Virus record (IMG/VR): IMGVR_UViG_3300017792_000001 | Location: 40,697-104,696 of that record | Reading direction: 5' to 3' (one strand) | DNA: 64,000 nucleotides | DNA from: a virus | Lineage: Duplodnaviria; Heunggongvirae; Uroviricota; Caudoviricetes | Part shown: positions 1 to 9,653 of the stretch, in pieces | Numbering within the stretch: position 1 is the stretch's first letter | Layout of the letters: each line of letters begins with the position of its first letter | Notes under the pieces: model-generated | What the model was told of the DNA's origin: nothing | The model's input: the letters and a program-made list of their open reading frames with translations, nothing else | The model's database searches: none | Translations under genes and position numbers: made by a program

Positions 1-439
1 GCAGTTCAAGAAGGCCAAGCAAGACCGTCTGGCATATGAACACGCCAAGATGGAGCTGCTCGACTTACAAAAGCAGTTGCGCGACGTTGCAGTCGAACAG
101 ATTGGTTTGTGTAGCGATCACGTTCGGATGCTCTATGCTGCACGCCAAGAAGACGTGACGCGCTACGTCAAGGGTACAGACGCCAGCTTGCAACTGGTGA
201 ACGAACTCATGGGGCAGTTCAACTCCATGCTGCAAGTGCTCCCTGAAATCCCAGCGACTGCCTCGATGCACATGCGCAAGATTCAAGGCATCGCTGATGA
301 AATCCGCACGCTGCTCAACGACATCAAGTTTGAGAACCTCGCCGAAGTAATCGCGGCACTGGAACTCAGTGAGCACAATGCGTTGCACAACCACACCCGT
401 CTGGAACAGCAACAGGAGAAACTCAATGAGCCGTCGTGA
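1..439 (+). CDS. hypothetical protein (5' partial, frame open to window edge)
   Basis: ORF 50..439 frame has no stop back to nt 2; stop TGA 437-439 overlaps next start. Confidence 0.5.
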   Translation, partial: QFKKAKQDRLAYEHAKMELLDLQKQLRDVAVEQIGLCSDHVRMLYAARQEDVTRYVKGTDASLQLVNELMGQFNSMLQVLPEIPATASMHMRKIQGIADEIRTLLNDIKFENLAEVIAALELSEHNALHNHTRLEQQQEKLNEPS

Positions 440-755
440 TGCAGACGTTCGCCATACAGTGAACAGCCGAATCACCAGCGCACCTGGTATGGTCAGCGGT
501 CGTGAAGACCTGGCCCAGATGCAGCACAGCGTCAACGCTCGCGTTCAGGAATTCAGCCCGCAGCAAGCACAAGCTACTGCTGGTATGGGCGCCATGAACG
601 GCTACGACAAGATTGAAAACGAGCACGGCCTGACCCAGCTCGGCAGTGAAGAAGCGGCGCTGGCTGCCGTGCGTGCGTACTCTCAGCCCGGTGTGTTTGA
701 CATCGACAAGCTGATCGTCGCGGCTGCTGCATACAAGTTCCACACCCAAAAGTGA
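426..755 (+). CDS. hypothetical protein
   Basis: ATG 426 preceded by AGGAG (414-418); in frame with ORF 369..755; ATGAGCCGTCGTGA overlap with upstream stop. Confidence 0.5.
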   Translation: MSRRDADVRHTVNSRITSAPGMVSGREDLAQMQHSVNARVQEFSPQQAQATAGMGAMNGYDKIENEHGLTQLGSEEAALAAVRAYSQPGVFDIDKLIVAAAAYKFHTQK

Positions 756-836
756 ACATCAAGGCGATGCGGTCTATGGCTTCATCGCCTTTGTTTTATC
801 TCCTGATGTACTACTGATGACAGAAAAGAGGGCACT

Positions 837-1049
837 ATGTCAGTCAGAGCAAAGCTACAGGCAGACCTTGCCTTCTATGACTCGGTACTTGCTGCCATAG
901 ATTCTGCCGCAGCGTTTCGACAGCAACTCACCCACCAGCGTCATTCAATGACCGAGTGTGAATCGAAAGCCCGTGAACAGTTTGAATTGCTGCGCACGGG
1001 TTGTCAGGCTCGGCTTCGTCGTTCCGAAATACTCCCACACAGAGATTGA
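837..1049 (+). CDS. hypothetical small protein
   Basis: ORF with RBS aaagaggg 8 nt upstream; same-strand operon context. Confidence 0.5.
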   Translation: MSVRAKLQADLAFYDSVLAAIDSAAAFRQQLTHQRHSMTECESKAREQFELLRTGCQARLRRSEILPHRD

Positions 1050-1052
1050 ATC

Positions 1053-1568
1053 ATGGCTAAAGACGCAAAGAACTTCAACGCAATGCACTGGTCTGGTGAT
1101 GTCTTCGCCGAAGAACCAAGTCCAGAACTCCAGCTTGAGCACACGGTGAATGAATACGGCTTTGCTGCTGTCTGGGCCTTCAAAATCTTCGAATCTATTG
1201 GCGCGTGCGCAACTCACGCCGATGAAAGCGACATGCACAAGTACCGTGCCTTGGCTTCGATTCTCGGCGCTGGTCGAATCCGTGACAACATGATAACCGA
1301 CTACTGGTTCGAAGGTCGCGAACTCGCCGTGCTGTACACCGCGCTGTGTAACCTGCAAACGGGATTCTTGGACAAGTCGCGCATGAATCTGGAGAAGACG
1401 TTGATGCGCAACGCTCTGGAACAGCCAGACCCAGAGAGCGCGGTCAACAGCCTGCGCTGTGCGATCAAGTCTCAGGCGTCGATCATGGTGACGCAAGTCG
1501 GTGAGTTAATGAGTCTTATTGACGGGGCGCTCAACGACAACCACCGCATCCTCCTGACTGTGGGCTAA
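1053..1568 (+). CDS. hypothetical protein
   Basis: 171-aa ORF, 3-nt gap after previous gene. Confidence 0.55.
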   Translation: MAKDAKNFNAMHWSGDVFAEEPSPELQLEHTVNEYGFAAVWAFKIFESIGACATHADESDMHKYRALASILGAGRIRDNMITDYWFEGRELAVLYTALCNLQTGFLDKSRMNLEKTLMRNALEQPDPESAVNSLRCAIKSQASIMVTQVGELMSLIDGALNDNHRILLTVG

Positions 1569-1578
1569 AGCACCGTAC

Positions 1579-1695
1579 CTATAATCATAACCGTTATCTG
1601 ACTTGCACTACTGATGACAGTCGTGATATAATGACAGTGCAACTCAACATCCCGCGTGATCAATAGTGGTTACGCATATAGGTTAGGAATAAGTC
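1579..1695 (+). promoter_or_regulatory. conserved early promoter module copy 1: -35 TTGCAC (1603-1608), extended -10 TGaTATAAT (1624-1632), palindrome ACTGatgaCAGT (1610-1621) in the spacer, conserved leader catataggttaggaataagtc
   Basis: Near-identical ~120-bp block recurs at 13691-13802; consensus sigma70 hexamers with 18-bp spacing. Confidence 0.6.
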
Positions 1696-2313
1696 ATGAC
1701 TACAGAATCGAAGCAACGCGCCGCCAACATCAAAGCCCGTCGTGAGGCACTCGGCATTAGCTTTGAGGGCTTTTACGACCAACTAGGTATTAGCCAGCGT
1801 CACGGAGAGTTTGTCGAGAACGGTCAATACGGCAAGCTGACTACAGAACACCGCGAACTGGCCGAGAAGTTTCTCGTTCATCTGGAATTGAAGAAAGACG
1901 GTGCGGTAAAAGCAGCGGCACCTATCGACAAGCCGCATGTATCGCTGAACGACAAGACAGCCACACAGAAGCAACTGGAAAAGTTTGCTGACGGCTTGTG
2001 TCAGTCGATCCTGCGCAACGACCAGAACATCATCACCATTCCCTGGGCGCAGTTTTACGAATTGCTGTACGCATCCACTGGGTGTGGTCACTTCGAACTG
2101 ACCTTGTTGGAGTCCATCTTCTCCAACCAGACGTTCTGCAAGTTGCAGTTCATGATCAGTTTTGGCGAGAAGGTGGTGTTCATCTGCAAAGACACAAACT
2201 TTGCACCTGCATCGTTAGACGACTCCGACGATGAAGATGAAGATGCACCAGCTAACTCGGATGACGAGGATGAAGACAACGATCCCGACATCAAACAACC
2301 AACTACCTGGTGA
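1696..2313 (+). CDS. XRE-type helix-turn-helix protein with polyacidic C-terminal tail
   Basis: N-terminus IKARREALGISFEGFYDQLGISQRHGEFVENG fits the Cro/C1 HTH pattern; C-terminus DDSDDEDEDAPANSDDEDEDNDPD; first gene after the promoter. Confidence 0.55.
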   Translation: MTTESKQRAANIKARREALGISFEGFYDQLGISQRHGEFVENGQYGKLTTEHRELAEKFLVHLELKKDGAVKAAAPIDKPHVSLNDKTATQKQLEKFADGLCQSILRNDQNIITIPWAQFYELLYASTGCGHFELTLLESIFSNQTFCKLQFMISFGEKVVFICKDTNFAPASLDDSDDEDEDAPANSDDEDEDNDPDIKQPTTW

Positions 2314-2567
2314 CCGCAATGCTGATTCATCCATTCTTCGTCATTGTCTTGGGTTTGTTTGTCATTGGCTTGATCACTTGGTTGGCGTGCAACAACATCA
2401 AGCTGCGCGGCTTAAACCAGATCATGAAGATTGCCCTTGAGTCTCAGACCCGAGAGCTGGCTGCCCTCAACGACCGCATGGAAGATACCAAGTCGCGCAT
2501 GGACAATCTCACTGACTTGATTCAGCGGGTTGACACCATGGCGACTGAACTCAAGAACGAACGATAA
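2310..2567 (+). CDS. small membrane / coiled-coil protein
   Basis: N-terminal hydrophobic helix FFVIVLGLFVIGLITWLA followed by a heptad-like region; ATGA coupling. Confidence 0.5.
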   Translation: MTAMLIHPFFVIVLGLFVIGLITWLACNNIKLRGLNQIMKIALESQTRELAALNDRMEDTKSRMDNLTDLIQRVDTMATELKNER

Positions 2568-2610
2568 CCAATAAGGCCTGAAAGGGCCCGCACCTATTTG
2601 GAGTACGAAC

Positions 2611-3378
2611 ATGGAAACGAAAGAACAACTTTACGTGACACCTGCTGAACGCTTCCTGAAAGAGGAACGCAGCGCAGTCGAGCGCACCTACAAGGCTGTG
2701 GGTGAAATCACCATTGACGCGCCCGAGCGTGTTGTTGTCAAGCTGCCGCGTTTCGTTTCGTTCTATGATGCCCAGCTCGGCATTCAGAAGCTGGTCAACG
2801 ACGAATGGGTTTACGGCGACCCGACGAAAGAGTCGTGGAAGGATCCAACGTTCAAGATTCGCGGTGGTGAAGTCTGCGGTTATCGCGTGTCGCTCCCTGA
2901 TGTCGGTCAGTACCGATTCACTTGGGAATGGAAGGTCGTACTGACTGATCCGATTGCTAAGCTGCCGGTCCCTGTAGCGCTCAACATTGCAGGTCGTCAC
3001 CCTGCCCTGAAAGCGTTTAACATCGTCGAGCTGGGCCGTGCCCGTCTGTTCGAAAAGTTTGATCCGCAGTGGCTAATGTATGGTCAGTACGAATACCTGG
3101 TGCAGTTGAACGTGCCTGCGCGCTTCGACGACAACATCCACATTCACTTCGGCCAGGAACTTGACATCCTCCTGCGTGACGGCAAGCAAGACAAGAACAC
3201 GTGGCTGAACGTGCTGGCTGATGGTGCAACGTTGCTGGTCTGGGACAAGGCTGCCCTCGACCTGCTTCTGGCAGCGTGCAATAACAGCATCACCTCTGGT
3301 AACACCGACCACCGTGTCGATGCAGACTTCACCGCATTGATTCGCCCGGAGGCTTTCTGGAGTAATGCCCATGAGTGA
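2611..3378 (+). CDS. hypothetical protein
   Basis: 255-aa ORF, RBS ggagtacgaac before ATG. Confidence 0.55.
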   Translation: METKEQLYVTPAERFLKEERSAVERTYKAVGEITIDAPERVVVKLPRFVSFYDAQLGIQKLVNDEWVYGDPTKESWKDPTFKIRGGEVCGYRVSLPDVGQYRFTWEWKVVLTDPIAKLPVPVALNIAGRHPALKAFNIVELGRARLFEKFDPQWLMYGQYEYLVQLNVPARFDDNIHIHFGQELDILLRDGKQDKNTWLNVLADGATLLVWDKAALDLLLAACNNSITSGNTDHRVDADFTALIRPEAFWSNAHE

Positions 3379-3550
3379 TGTTCTCTACGTCGCCGCGCTC
3401 CTGATGATGTTTATCGGACTGTTCAGCGCCATGCGACAGCGCAATAAGTTTCGGGACAAGGCGCACGAGGCTGAGTTCACCGTCAGCCTCCAGAAGATCG
3501 AAATCGCCCACCTGCGTGAGCAACTAGAGGTGAAGAATGCGCAGACGTGA
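3365..3550 (+). CDS. small membrane protein
   Basis: 61 aa, single TM (LYVAALLMMFIGLFSA), overlaps neighbours in the operon. Confidence 0.4.
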   Translation: MPMSDVLYVAALLMMFIGLFSAMRQRNKFRDKAHEAEFTVSLQKIEIAHLREQLEVKNAQT

Positions 3551-3998
3551 ACTGATTCCCCACAAGGTGGAGTTTCTCGCAAACAACTTCGTGGCTGGTC
3601 ATGTAAGCCAAGTCCAGAAAGAAACGCCGAACAGTTATGCGGATCTGATGAACGCGGCGGTGCAGCGTATCGCTCGCGCACAGGCTGTCGATCATTGGTC
3701 GAAACAGTTATACGATTGCATCCAGCGCAACCTTGAAGGTGGCCATCGGTTGCAGATTCAATTCTACGACACGATGGACTTCAATCTGGACGAGGTCGCT
3801 ATTGTCCCGACGAAAGATCGCCACTACTTCAACCGCCAAGACGGTGTGTGCGAGGCCAAGCCTACAGGTTGGAAAGCGTGGGACGAGATTCGCACCAAGG
3901 TCCACCGTCGTCTCAATGGGAAGATCGTAACGTACCTGGACGACGAGTTCCGCATCGTCAAACGTCGCGATCACCTTTTCCTCACCAAGCTGAGTTAA
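3537..3998 (+). CDS. hypothetical protein
   Basis: 153-aa ORF, coupled to neighbours. Confidence 0.5.
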   Translation: MRRRELIPHKVEFLANNFVAGHVSQVQKETPNSYADLMNAAVQRIARAQAVDHWSKQLYDCIQRNLEGGHRLQIQFYDTMDFNLDEVAIVPTKDRHYFNRQDGVCEAKPTGWKAWDEIRTKVHRRLNGKIVTYLDDEFRIVKRRDHLFLTKLS

Positions 3999-4363
3999 TG
4001 ACCATGCCAATCATCAAAGACTTGCTGGACAATCTCGACGTGACCGTCGGTTTCAACGAGAAGCGCTACACCGAACTGTACGACATCCTGAGTGGGTTTA
4101 GCTGCACGGCAGCCGAACTTCACCAGCGCCTGAACTGGGGCGCCGGTCACATCCTGAGCATGTTGACTGTCCTGGAGAAAGTTGCTCTGGTGCGTCACTA
4201 TGAAAGCCGCGGCGCAAATGGGCCGATGGTCGTGTACGAAACCATCCGTGCTGTCGAACTCGACCACATCCGTACAGAACATGCGTTGCGTATCGTCAAG
4301 GCGAAACTGGCCCTACGTGATATGACCATGCTGTACCTCAGCAACTACCTCGTCGATCTTTAA
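3998..4363 (+). CDS. winged-helix-like small protein, paralogue A
   Basis: TAATG overlap start; shares IKxLLxxLD ... LYDxL ... VLEK ... VYETI ... YL with the next gene. Confidence 0.5.
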   Translation: MTMPIIKDLLDNLDVTVGFNEKRYTELYDILSGFSCTAAELHQRLNWGAGHILSMLTVLEKVALVRHYESRGANGPMVVYETIRAVELDHIRTEHALRIVKAKLALRDMTMLYLSNYLVDL

Positions 4364-4372
4364 GGAGCTGCC

Positions 4373-4750
4373 ATGATCGCTGCCCACATCAAAGCACTGC
4401 TCACCGCCCTCGATACCCGCGACGACATGCAAGGTAACATCAACGGCATTGCACCGCATAGCGCACTGTATGACGTGTTGCTCGGCACTCATGCCACGGC
4501 AAACAATCTGGCAAAGATCGTGGAATGGCCGCCGTATGTTGTGCGTGCTGTCCTCGAAAAGCTGATCCACTGCGGCCTGGCATGCTCGCGCAATAGCGTC
4601 TGTGACGAATCGGTTGACGTGTACGAAACCATCCCCGAAGACAAGCTGGAAGTGGATCGCGTCGAAGCCGCAACGCTCATTGTCCAGCAGCACATCGCTT
4701 TGCTTGTAGCGAATGCAGCATACGCCAAGCAGTACCTGCAAAAGGATTAA
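4373..4750 (+). CDS. winged-helix-like small protein, paralogue B
   Basis: Alignable by eye with 3998-4363; RBS aaggagctgcc ATG. Confidence 0.5.
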   Translation: MIAAHIKALLTALDTRDDMQGNINGIAPHSALYDVLLGTHATANNLAKIVEWPPYVVRAVLEKLIHCGLACSRNSVCDESVDVYETIPEDKLEVDRVEAATLIVQQHIALLVANAAYAKQYLQKD

Positions 4751-4752
4751 TC

Positions 4753-5187
4753 ATGCCAGCTCCAATCAGCTTTCGCCCGTCACTGTTCGCAGAGCGGTTC
4801 TTTGATCAGACCAAGCTCGATGGCCGTGACAAGGCGATCTACATCAACATGGCGATTCAGGCTTTGGCGATGGATCACTACGTCAAGACCTACACCCAGA
4901 AGTTGTCGCAGCACATCCAGTTGCGTGCAAACAGCGACGACGATCCTGGCACTCTGTGCTTCTTCCTGCCGGAGTTGATCAACAGCCTCGACACGGAGAC
5001 TTTGATGCACGCCGAGTCGCCTGCGAAGACGATTGATGGCAAGGAATGGAACGGGGTGCGTGAACTCACCGCCCAGATCAACATCATCTTCCACGGTAGC
5101 CAAGTGAATCTCGACAACGGCACCAGCTACAAGCTGCAACGTGTCCGGACCGAAGAGGGCATGGCTCTCGAAATGATCAAGCTCTAA
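4753..5187 (+). CDS. hypothetical protein
   Basis: 144-aa ORF, 2-nt gap. Confidence 0.5.
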   Translation: MPAPISFRPSLFAERFFDQTKLDGRDKAIYINMAIQALAMDHYVKTYTQKLSQHIQLRANSDDDPGTLCFFLPELINSLDTETLMHAESPAKTIDGKEWNGVRELTAQINIIFHGSQVNLDNGTSYKLQRVRTEEGMALEMIKL

Positions 5188-5196
5188 GGAACGAAA

Positions 5197-6192
5197 ATGG
5201 AATTGAAAGATTGCGTCGTCACTCGCCTGCATCAGGCAATGGACGTCAAGAAGATCCCGCACGGTAAGCGCATTGAAGCGCTGGTAGAAGCGTTTGACAA
5301 GACACCTTACCACATCGACAAAACGATGGTCATGCACTGGCTGCTGGGTAAGGCGCGCATCAACGAAATCGTCATGCCGACACTGGCTGCGTTCCTCGAA
5401 GTGAACGAGCGCTGGTTGAAAGAAGGTACAGGCACTCGTTACCCTGAACGTATCAGTCTCGGCAGTAACGAAGTTGACTGGACCGTGGAGCAGCGCAAGC
5501 TGTACAACTTCGACCGCAGTGAAATGCGCGACAAGGCTCTGGCCTGGGTATTGATGCACCAGCATGCGGACCTCGTTGCTGAGTTTTGCAGTGCTGCAAA
5601 CGGTCACGATCCCCGAGCCATGCGTGTTGATATCCGCGTGAACGACGTAGAGCTGCCGGTCAAGAAGTTTGAGGACCTTATCAGCAACTTGTCTGATGCC
5701 ATGCTTGATTACAAGTGGCGCGAACTCGGTCTGGACACTGTGCAGAAGTCAGCTTTCACGCAAGCCGAGTCTGTACTGCGCAAACTTCACGGCGACACCT
5801 ACGACAAGCTGGGTGAAGTCATGAGCCAACTGGACAACATGCGCGACAACATCGGCACGTTGAACGAACTGGCGTGGTCTGCCTACAGTCGTGAAGCACT
5901 GCACAGCATCGGTGCGTTTTCGATCAAACTGCCGGATCACCCTGAGCATCACTTCGACGAAGAAAAGCATGGCAAGTCGAATCGCCAGCACGCAATCGAA
6001 ATGCTTGTACGGATGATCAACGGCGCACGCGCACATTTGCTACGTCACGGCATGCGAGTCTCCGACTTGCCGAAAGACCACGAACGACTCGACGAGCTGG
6101 CGCGGTCTATCTACCACGACCTGACCGAGCAAGAGCAGGTGTACTGCGAACTGCATCTAGCCATGAGCGACTTCAACAAGGAACTGCAATGA
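5197..6192 (+). CDS. hypothetical protein
   Basis: 331-aa ORF, RBS taaggaacgaaa ATG. Confidence 0.55.
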   Translation: MELKDCVVTRLHQAMDVKKIPHGKRIEALVEAFDKTPYHIDKTMVMHWLLGKARINEIVMPTLAAFLEVNERWLKEGTGTRYPERISLGSNEVDWTVEQRKLYNFDRSEMRDKALAWVLMHQHADLVAEFCSAANGHDPRAMRVDIRVNDVELPVKKFEDLISNLSDAMLDYKWRELGLDTVQKSAFTQAESVLRKLHGDTYDKLGEVMSQLDNMRDNIGTLNELAWSAYSREALHSIGAFSIKLPDHPEHHFDEEKHGKSNRQHAIEMLVRMINGARAHLLRHGMRVSDLPKDHERLDELARSIYHDLTEQEQVYCELHLAMSDFNKELQ

Positions 6193-6815
6193 AATTCCTC
6201 GACCTGAACAACCTGCCCGAAACCCTGGCGCTGCTCAAGATCAAAGCCGATATTGACGCGCTGAAAGATCAACTGGTACTGGATCGCATGGTAGACAACT
6301 ACTTCGTGCATTCTCGTTTCTACGGCACTGGCACTGATGGTTCGATGTGCGCCTTCAACCAGAAGGACACGCTGACGATCATCAACCTCGTGTACTCGCA
6401 CAACGATATGAGCTATGGGGTTGCCAAGCAGAACGACAACCCAGGCCGCTTGCGCACCACAGCGAAGGTAGCAGACGTGCATCGGCACTGCGCACCGGAT
6501 CGCCCAGCATATTGGAACCTGATGCGCTGCCGTGATGATCGCCAAGTGATCTTCATGCTGCCGGAAGGTACAGACGTCCGCGAAGTTGAACTGCTCGACG
6601 GTGAATACCACCCTGAAGAAAAGGCGGTAGATTCGAAAGACGTGCGCGGCTTCATCGTCACCGACTTCACCCACTCGACAACGCAGCAAGTGGACAACGT
6701 CGGCCGAGTGCTCATTACCCAGGTAATTCTCAAGGCGTATGACAGCGACAAGCAGTATCAAGCTGTGATCGTCGATCTGGAGAAATGGCTCAAGTCACAA
6801 GGGATCACGCGATGA
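6189..6815 (+). CDS. hypothetical protein
   Basis: 208-aa ORF, ATGA overlap. Confidence 0.5.
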   Translation: MKFLDLNNLPETLALLKIKADIDALKDQLVLDRMVDNYFVHSRFYGTGTDGSMCAFNQKDTLTIINLVYSHNDMSYGVAKQNDNPGRLRTTAKVADVHRHCAPDRPAYWNLMRCRDDRQVIFMLPEGTDVREVELLDGEYHPEEKAVDSKDVRGFIVTDFTHSTTQQVDNVGRVLITQVILKAYDSDKQYQAVIVDLEKWLKSQGITR

Positions 6816-7666
6816 TCAAGCTACCACAAGCAACCGTTACTGACCTGCTCCTCAGTCTCGAAGCTGAATTCGGTGTGCGTATCAAGTATGCAGCCGAAGT
6901 CGGCAGTCGGGCCTGGGGTTACGCAAGCGACACCAGCGACCTCGACATCCAGTTTGTTTACGTGCAACTGCCGTGGGCGAAACGCATCGAAGATCGGCAA
7001 GACACCATCCGTGTTAATCGTGACATCACGTTCATTGTCGATGGTGTTGAACATTCGATGCATCTGGACATCCTGGGCTTTGAAATGCGCAAGGCTATCC
7101 AGAAGTTCACTGCATCGGACCTGACGTACCATGAGTTGCTGGATACTTCACGACTGCTCGGTGCTGATAGTGACGCGATGGATTCTTTGACAGAAGTTGC
7201 GCACCACTACCGCAATGACAGCACTCTGTTTCAGGTCTGCCTTGATTTGTCGAAGCGCAACCTGTACATCGGTGGTGTGAATCGCAAGGGTGACGTAGTG
7301 ACGTCCAAGTCGCTGATCCTGGGTCTGCGCTTCGCACTCATGGCATACACCCTGTCAACGCCAGGTACGCTTGAATGCCGGCTCGACAACCTGATTACGA
7401 TGAATTCGATCCGGGCTCCTTGGGTGAAGGGCACGCTAGATTGGCTGACTGCTAACCGCGATATGACGGCTGATCATCTGCTGTCTGACCCGCGCACGAT
7501 GCAAATCATCCAGTTGTATCACAAGGTCGTTGAACTGCCGCATCCGAAAGGTAAGCGCGACCACGATATGACGTTTGCGAACGAGCACTACCGCCGCATT
7601 GTGCAGGAAACGCTCGCTACCTACCACGTCACCAACGCCTCTGATTTGATCGCAGGAGTATTCTGA
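6812..7666 (+). CDS. predicted nucleotidyltransferase (Pol-beta superfamily, PF10127 / RlaP-like)
   Basis: GSRAWGYASDTSDLDIQFV matches the GS-x9-13-D-x-D NTase signature; start set to ATG 6812 (ATGA overlap, RBS aaggga) rather than ATG 6785. Confidence 0.55.
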   Translation: MIKLPQATVTDLLLSLEAEFGVRIKYAAEVGSRAWGYASDTSDLDIQFVYVQLPWAKRIEDRQDTIRVNRDITFIVDGVEHSMHLDILGFEMRKAIQKFTASDLTYHELLDTSRLLGADSDAMDSLTEVAHHYRNDSTLFQVCLDLSKRNLYIGGVNRKGDVVTSKSLILGLRFALMAYTLSTPGTLECRLDNLITMNSIRAPWVKGTLDWLTANRDMTADHLLSDPRTMQIIQLYHKVVELPHPKGKRDHDMTFANEHYRRIVQETLATYHVTNASDLIAGVF

Positions 7667-8838
7667 TGGAACGCAAACGCACGCGCAACGTCTACCTGTA
7701 CCTGTTCAAGAGCGAAGCCGCTCTGCATAAAGCCATGCGCATGTACAATCTGGAAGAAGACACCTGCACCGATATCTGGGCGCATACCTTCCGGGTGCAG
7801 ATTGGCGAGATACAGACCTACGCGCTGTACACCAGTCGGATCAGCTACTGGCAAAACTATCGCCCGTCGAAGTGGTGGGACATCGGGGCTATCGCAATCT
7901 GGGAAGTCGAACTCGAAGACCTCGACTGTCACAAGAAGACCATCCGGTTCGTGCAAGACTGGCCTGGGCTGCCGACTGGTCAGCGTCTCGAATTGTTCAA
8001 GCTGGTTACCGAACAAGCCGAGCCTGATACAAAATTCTACCGCGGCCGTTGGTTCGAAGACCGTTTCGAACAGCGCGTAGATCGCATGGGTGTCGCTCGC
8101 TTCCTCAAAGAGCACGCCGACTTCAAGATTCTGGGTTCCGAAACAGACCGCGAGGTTGTAGAAGATCTGGCAACGCTGCACAGTGTTGAACTCTCGCACG
8201 AACACATGGGCGCGATACTCGACAGCTTTGGTGCGACAGTCACAGAGATTGCCCGCTACCTGAATGCAACTCGCTTCCCGATGATGAATGATCTGGCAGC
8301 CGGTCGTCACTTCGCTGGCAAGTTTGAGATTCTCGAACAGGTTCCTGATTGGGAGGCCAAGCTCGACGATCCAACCGTGCTGCTGAGCATCAACGATCTG
8401 AATATCAACCCGGGCGAGATTGTGAACTGGGCTATGGGCTGGCGTGATCGTCACTGTGTTGCCTGCCCGCACAGCACTATCCTGTCTCTGGTGAATGCAG
8501 GCATCGACTTGCGCGCTTTGTTTGCTGCACTCGATAACCCAGTGCTCTTTCTACGCGACCAGTGGTACGCACCAGAAATCAAGCAAGCCTACGTCGTACA
8601 AGATCCACACAGTCTTGATTGGTACATCGTCTACATGAACCCGTCTGCGGCTGACGAAAGGACGGTCGAGCGCATGATCTGTTTGGCTGATGGCCACTAC
8701 CAGTACGATCTGCCGTCGCGCAAGGTGATGATCAAGATTCCATTCAACTCGTCGGCCGAGCGTTGCTATGACGAACACGACGCGAAGTACCGTCTCGCCA
8801 AGTGGTACGCTGACCAGCTAAAAGGAGCAAAGAAGTGA
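7666..8838 (+). CDS. hypothetical protein
   Basis: 390-aa ORF, TGATG coupling to the NTase. Confidence 0.55.
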   Translation: MERKRTRNVYLYLFKSEAALHKAMRMYNLEEDTCTDIWAHTFRVQIGEIQTYALYTSRISYWQNYRPSKWWDIGAIAIWEVELEDLDCHKKTIRFVQDWPGLPTGQRLELFKLVTEQAEPDTKFYRGRWFEDRFEQRVDRMGVARFLKEHADFKILGSETDREVVEDLATLHSVELSHEHMGAILDSFGATVTEIARYLNATRFPMMNDLAAGRHFAGKFEILEQVPDWEAKLDDPTVLLSINDLNINPGEIVNWAMGWRDRHCVACPHSTILSLVNAGIDLRALFAALDNPVLFLRDQWYAPEIKQAYVVQDPHSLDWYIVYMNPSAADERTVERMICLADGHYQYDLPSRKVMIKIPFNSSAERCYDEHDAKYRLAKWYADQLKGAKK

Positions 8839-9653
8839 AGTGCCCAAAAGGAAGTTACGCCCAGCTTGAGACTGTCGGCAAGAAGCTGGAAGCCCTGAGC
8901 CATGTGAAGTTTAAGAAGTCGTGGAGCACATTCACCGATCTTCCAGGTCCGACTTCGTTCGGCACGTTCAAGTCGGTTGAAGTTCGCCCGGTTGACTTCG
9001 TTGGCGGCGGTAACGTCATGGTCGACGGCTACGCATATCAAGGCAAGTTCGGCGTGGCGTGCAAAGCGTTCCTGTTCATCTTCAATCCGGAGAGCGAGTT
9101 TGACAACAAGCGGAACGTGCGCTTCACCTTCGATGGTGACGAGGGTTTCGCCATGTCTGCTGAGCGTGACCCGTTCCGTGAGAACATCGAAGACAGCGTT
9201 ATGGAAGCCTTCGACCGTCTCGTTGTGAAGTTGCAGCAAGAAGCCAACTGTCTGGAAGCTGAGAACTCCATTGAGTACCCGTGTACGATTCTCGCCAAGC
9301 AGATTCTGGCGCAGACCACCGAACTCAAGAAAAGCCATCTGCTCAACTACACCATTTCGATGCACAGCGCGATCAAGGATGCAGCCAATCGTCTGCGTGA
9401 CCCGCAGTATCCAGATGATCGTGAAGCGATGTGGACTTTGGCGATCAACGACTCGCCATTGAACCAAGGTCCGACTGCCATCGTCTGCAATATGTACGGC
9501 AAGTACATCGACTGCCTGCGTGCTGCTGTGTGCTTCAAGCAGGTGCACGACCTGATGTTCGCAATCCCACACGGCATCAAGCTGTCGGACCACATCTACT
9601 TGCTGCCAACCGCCACTGCATACCCGAAAGACTTCAAACCGGAGGTCGTATGA
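8835..9653 (+). CDS. hypothetical protein
   Basis: 272-aa ORF, GTGA overlap. Confidence 0.55.
   Translation: MKCPKGSYAQLETVGKKLEALSHVKFKKSWSTFTDLPGPTSFGTFKSVEVRPVDFVGGGNVMVDGYAYQGKFGVACKAFLFIFNPESEFDNKRNVRFTFDGDEGFAMSAERDPFRENIEDSVMEAFDRLVVKLQQEANCLEAENSIEYPCTILAKQILAQTTELKKSHLLNYTISMHSAIKDAANRLRDPQYPDDREAMWTLAINDSPLNQGPTAIVCNMYGKYIDCLRAAVCFKQVHDLMFAIPHGIKLSDHIYLLPTATAYPKDFKPEVV

Noticed and set aside
4780-5607. 275-aa minus-strand ORF antisense to genes 4753-5187 and 5197-6192
   Set aside because: Spans two plus-strand genes and their junction; no RBS; antisense-type composition.
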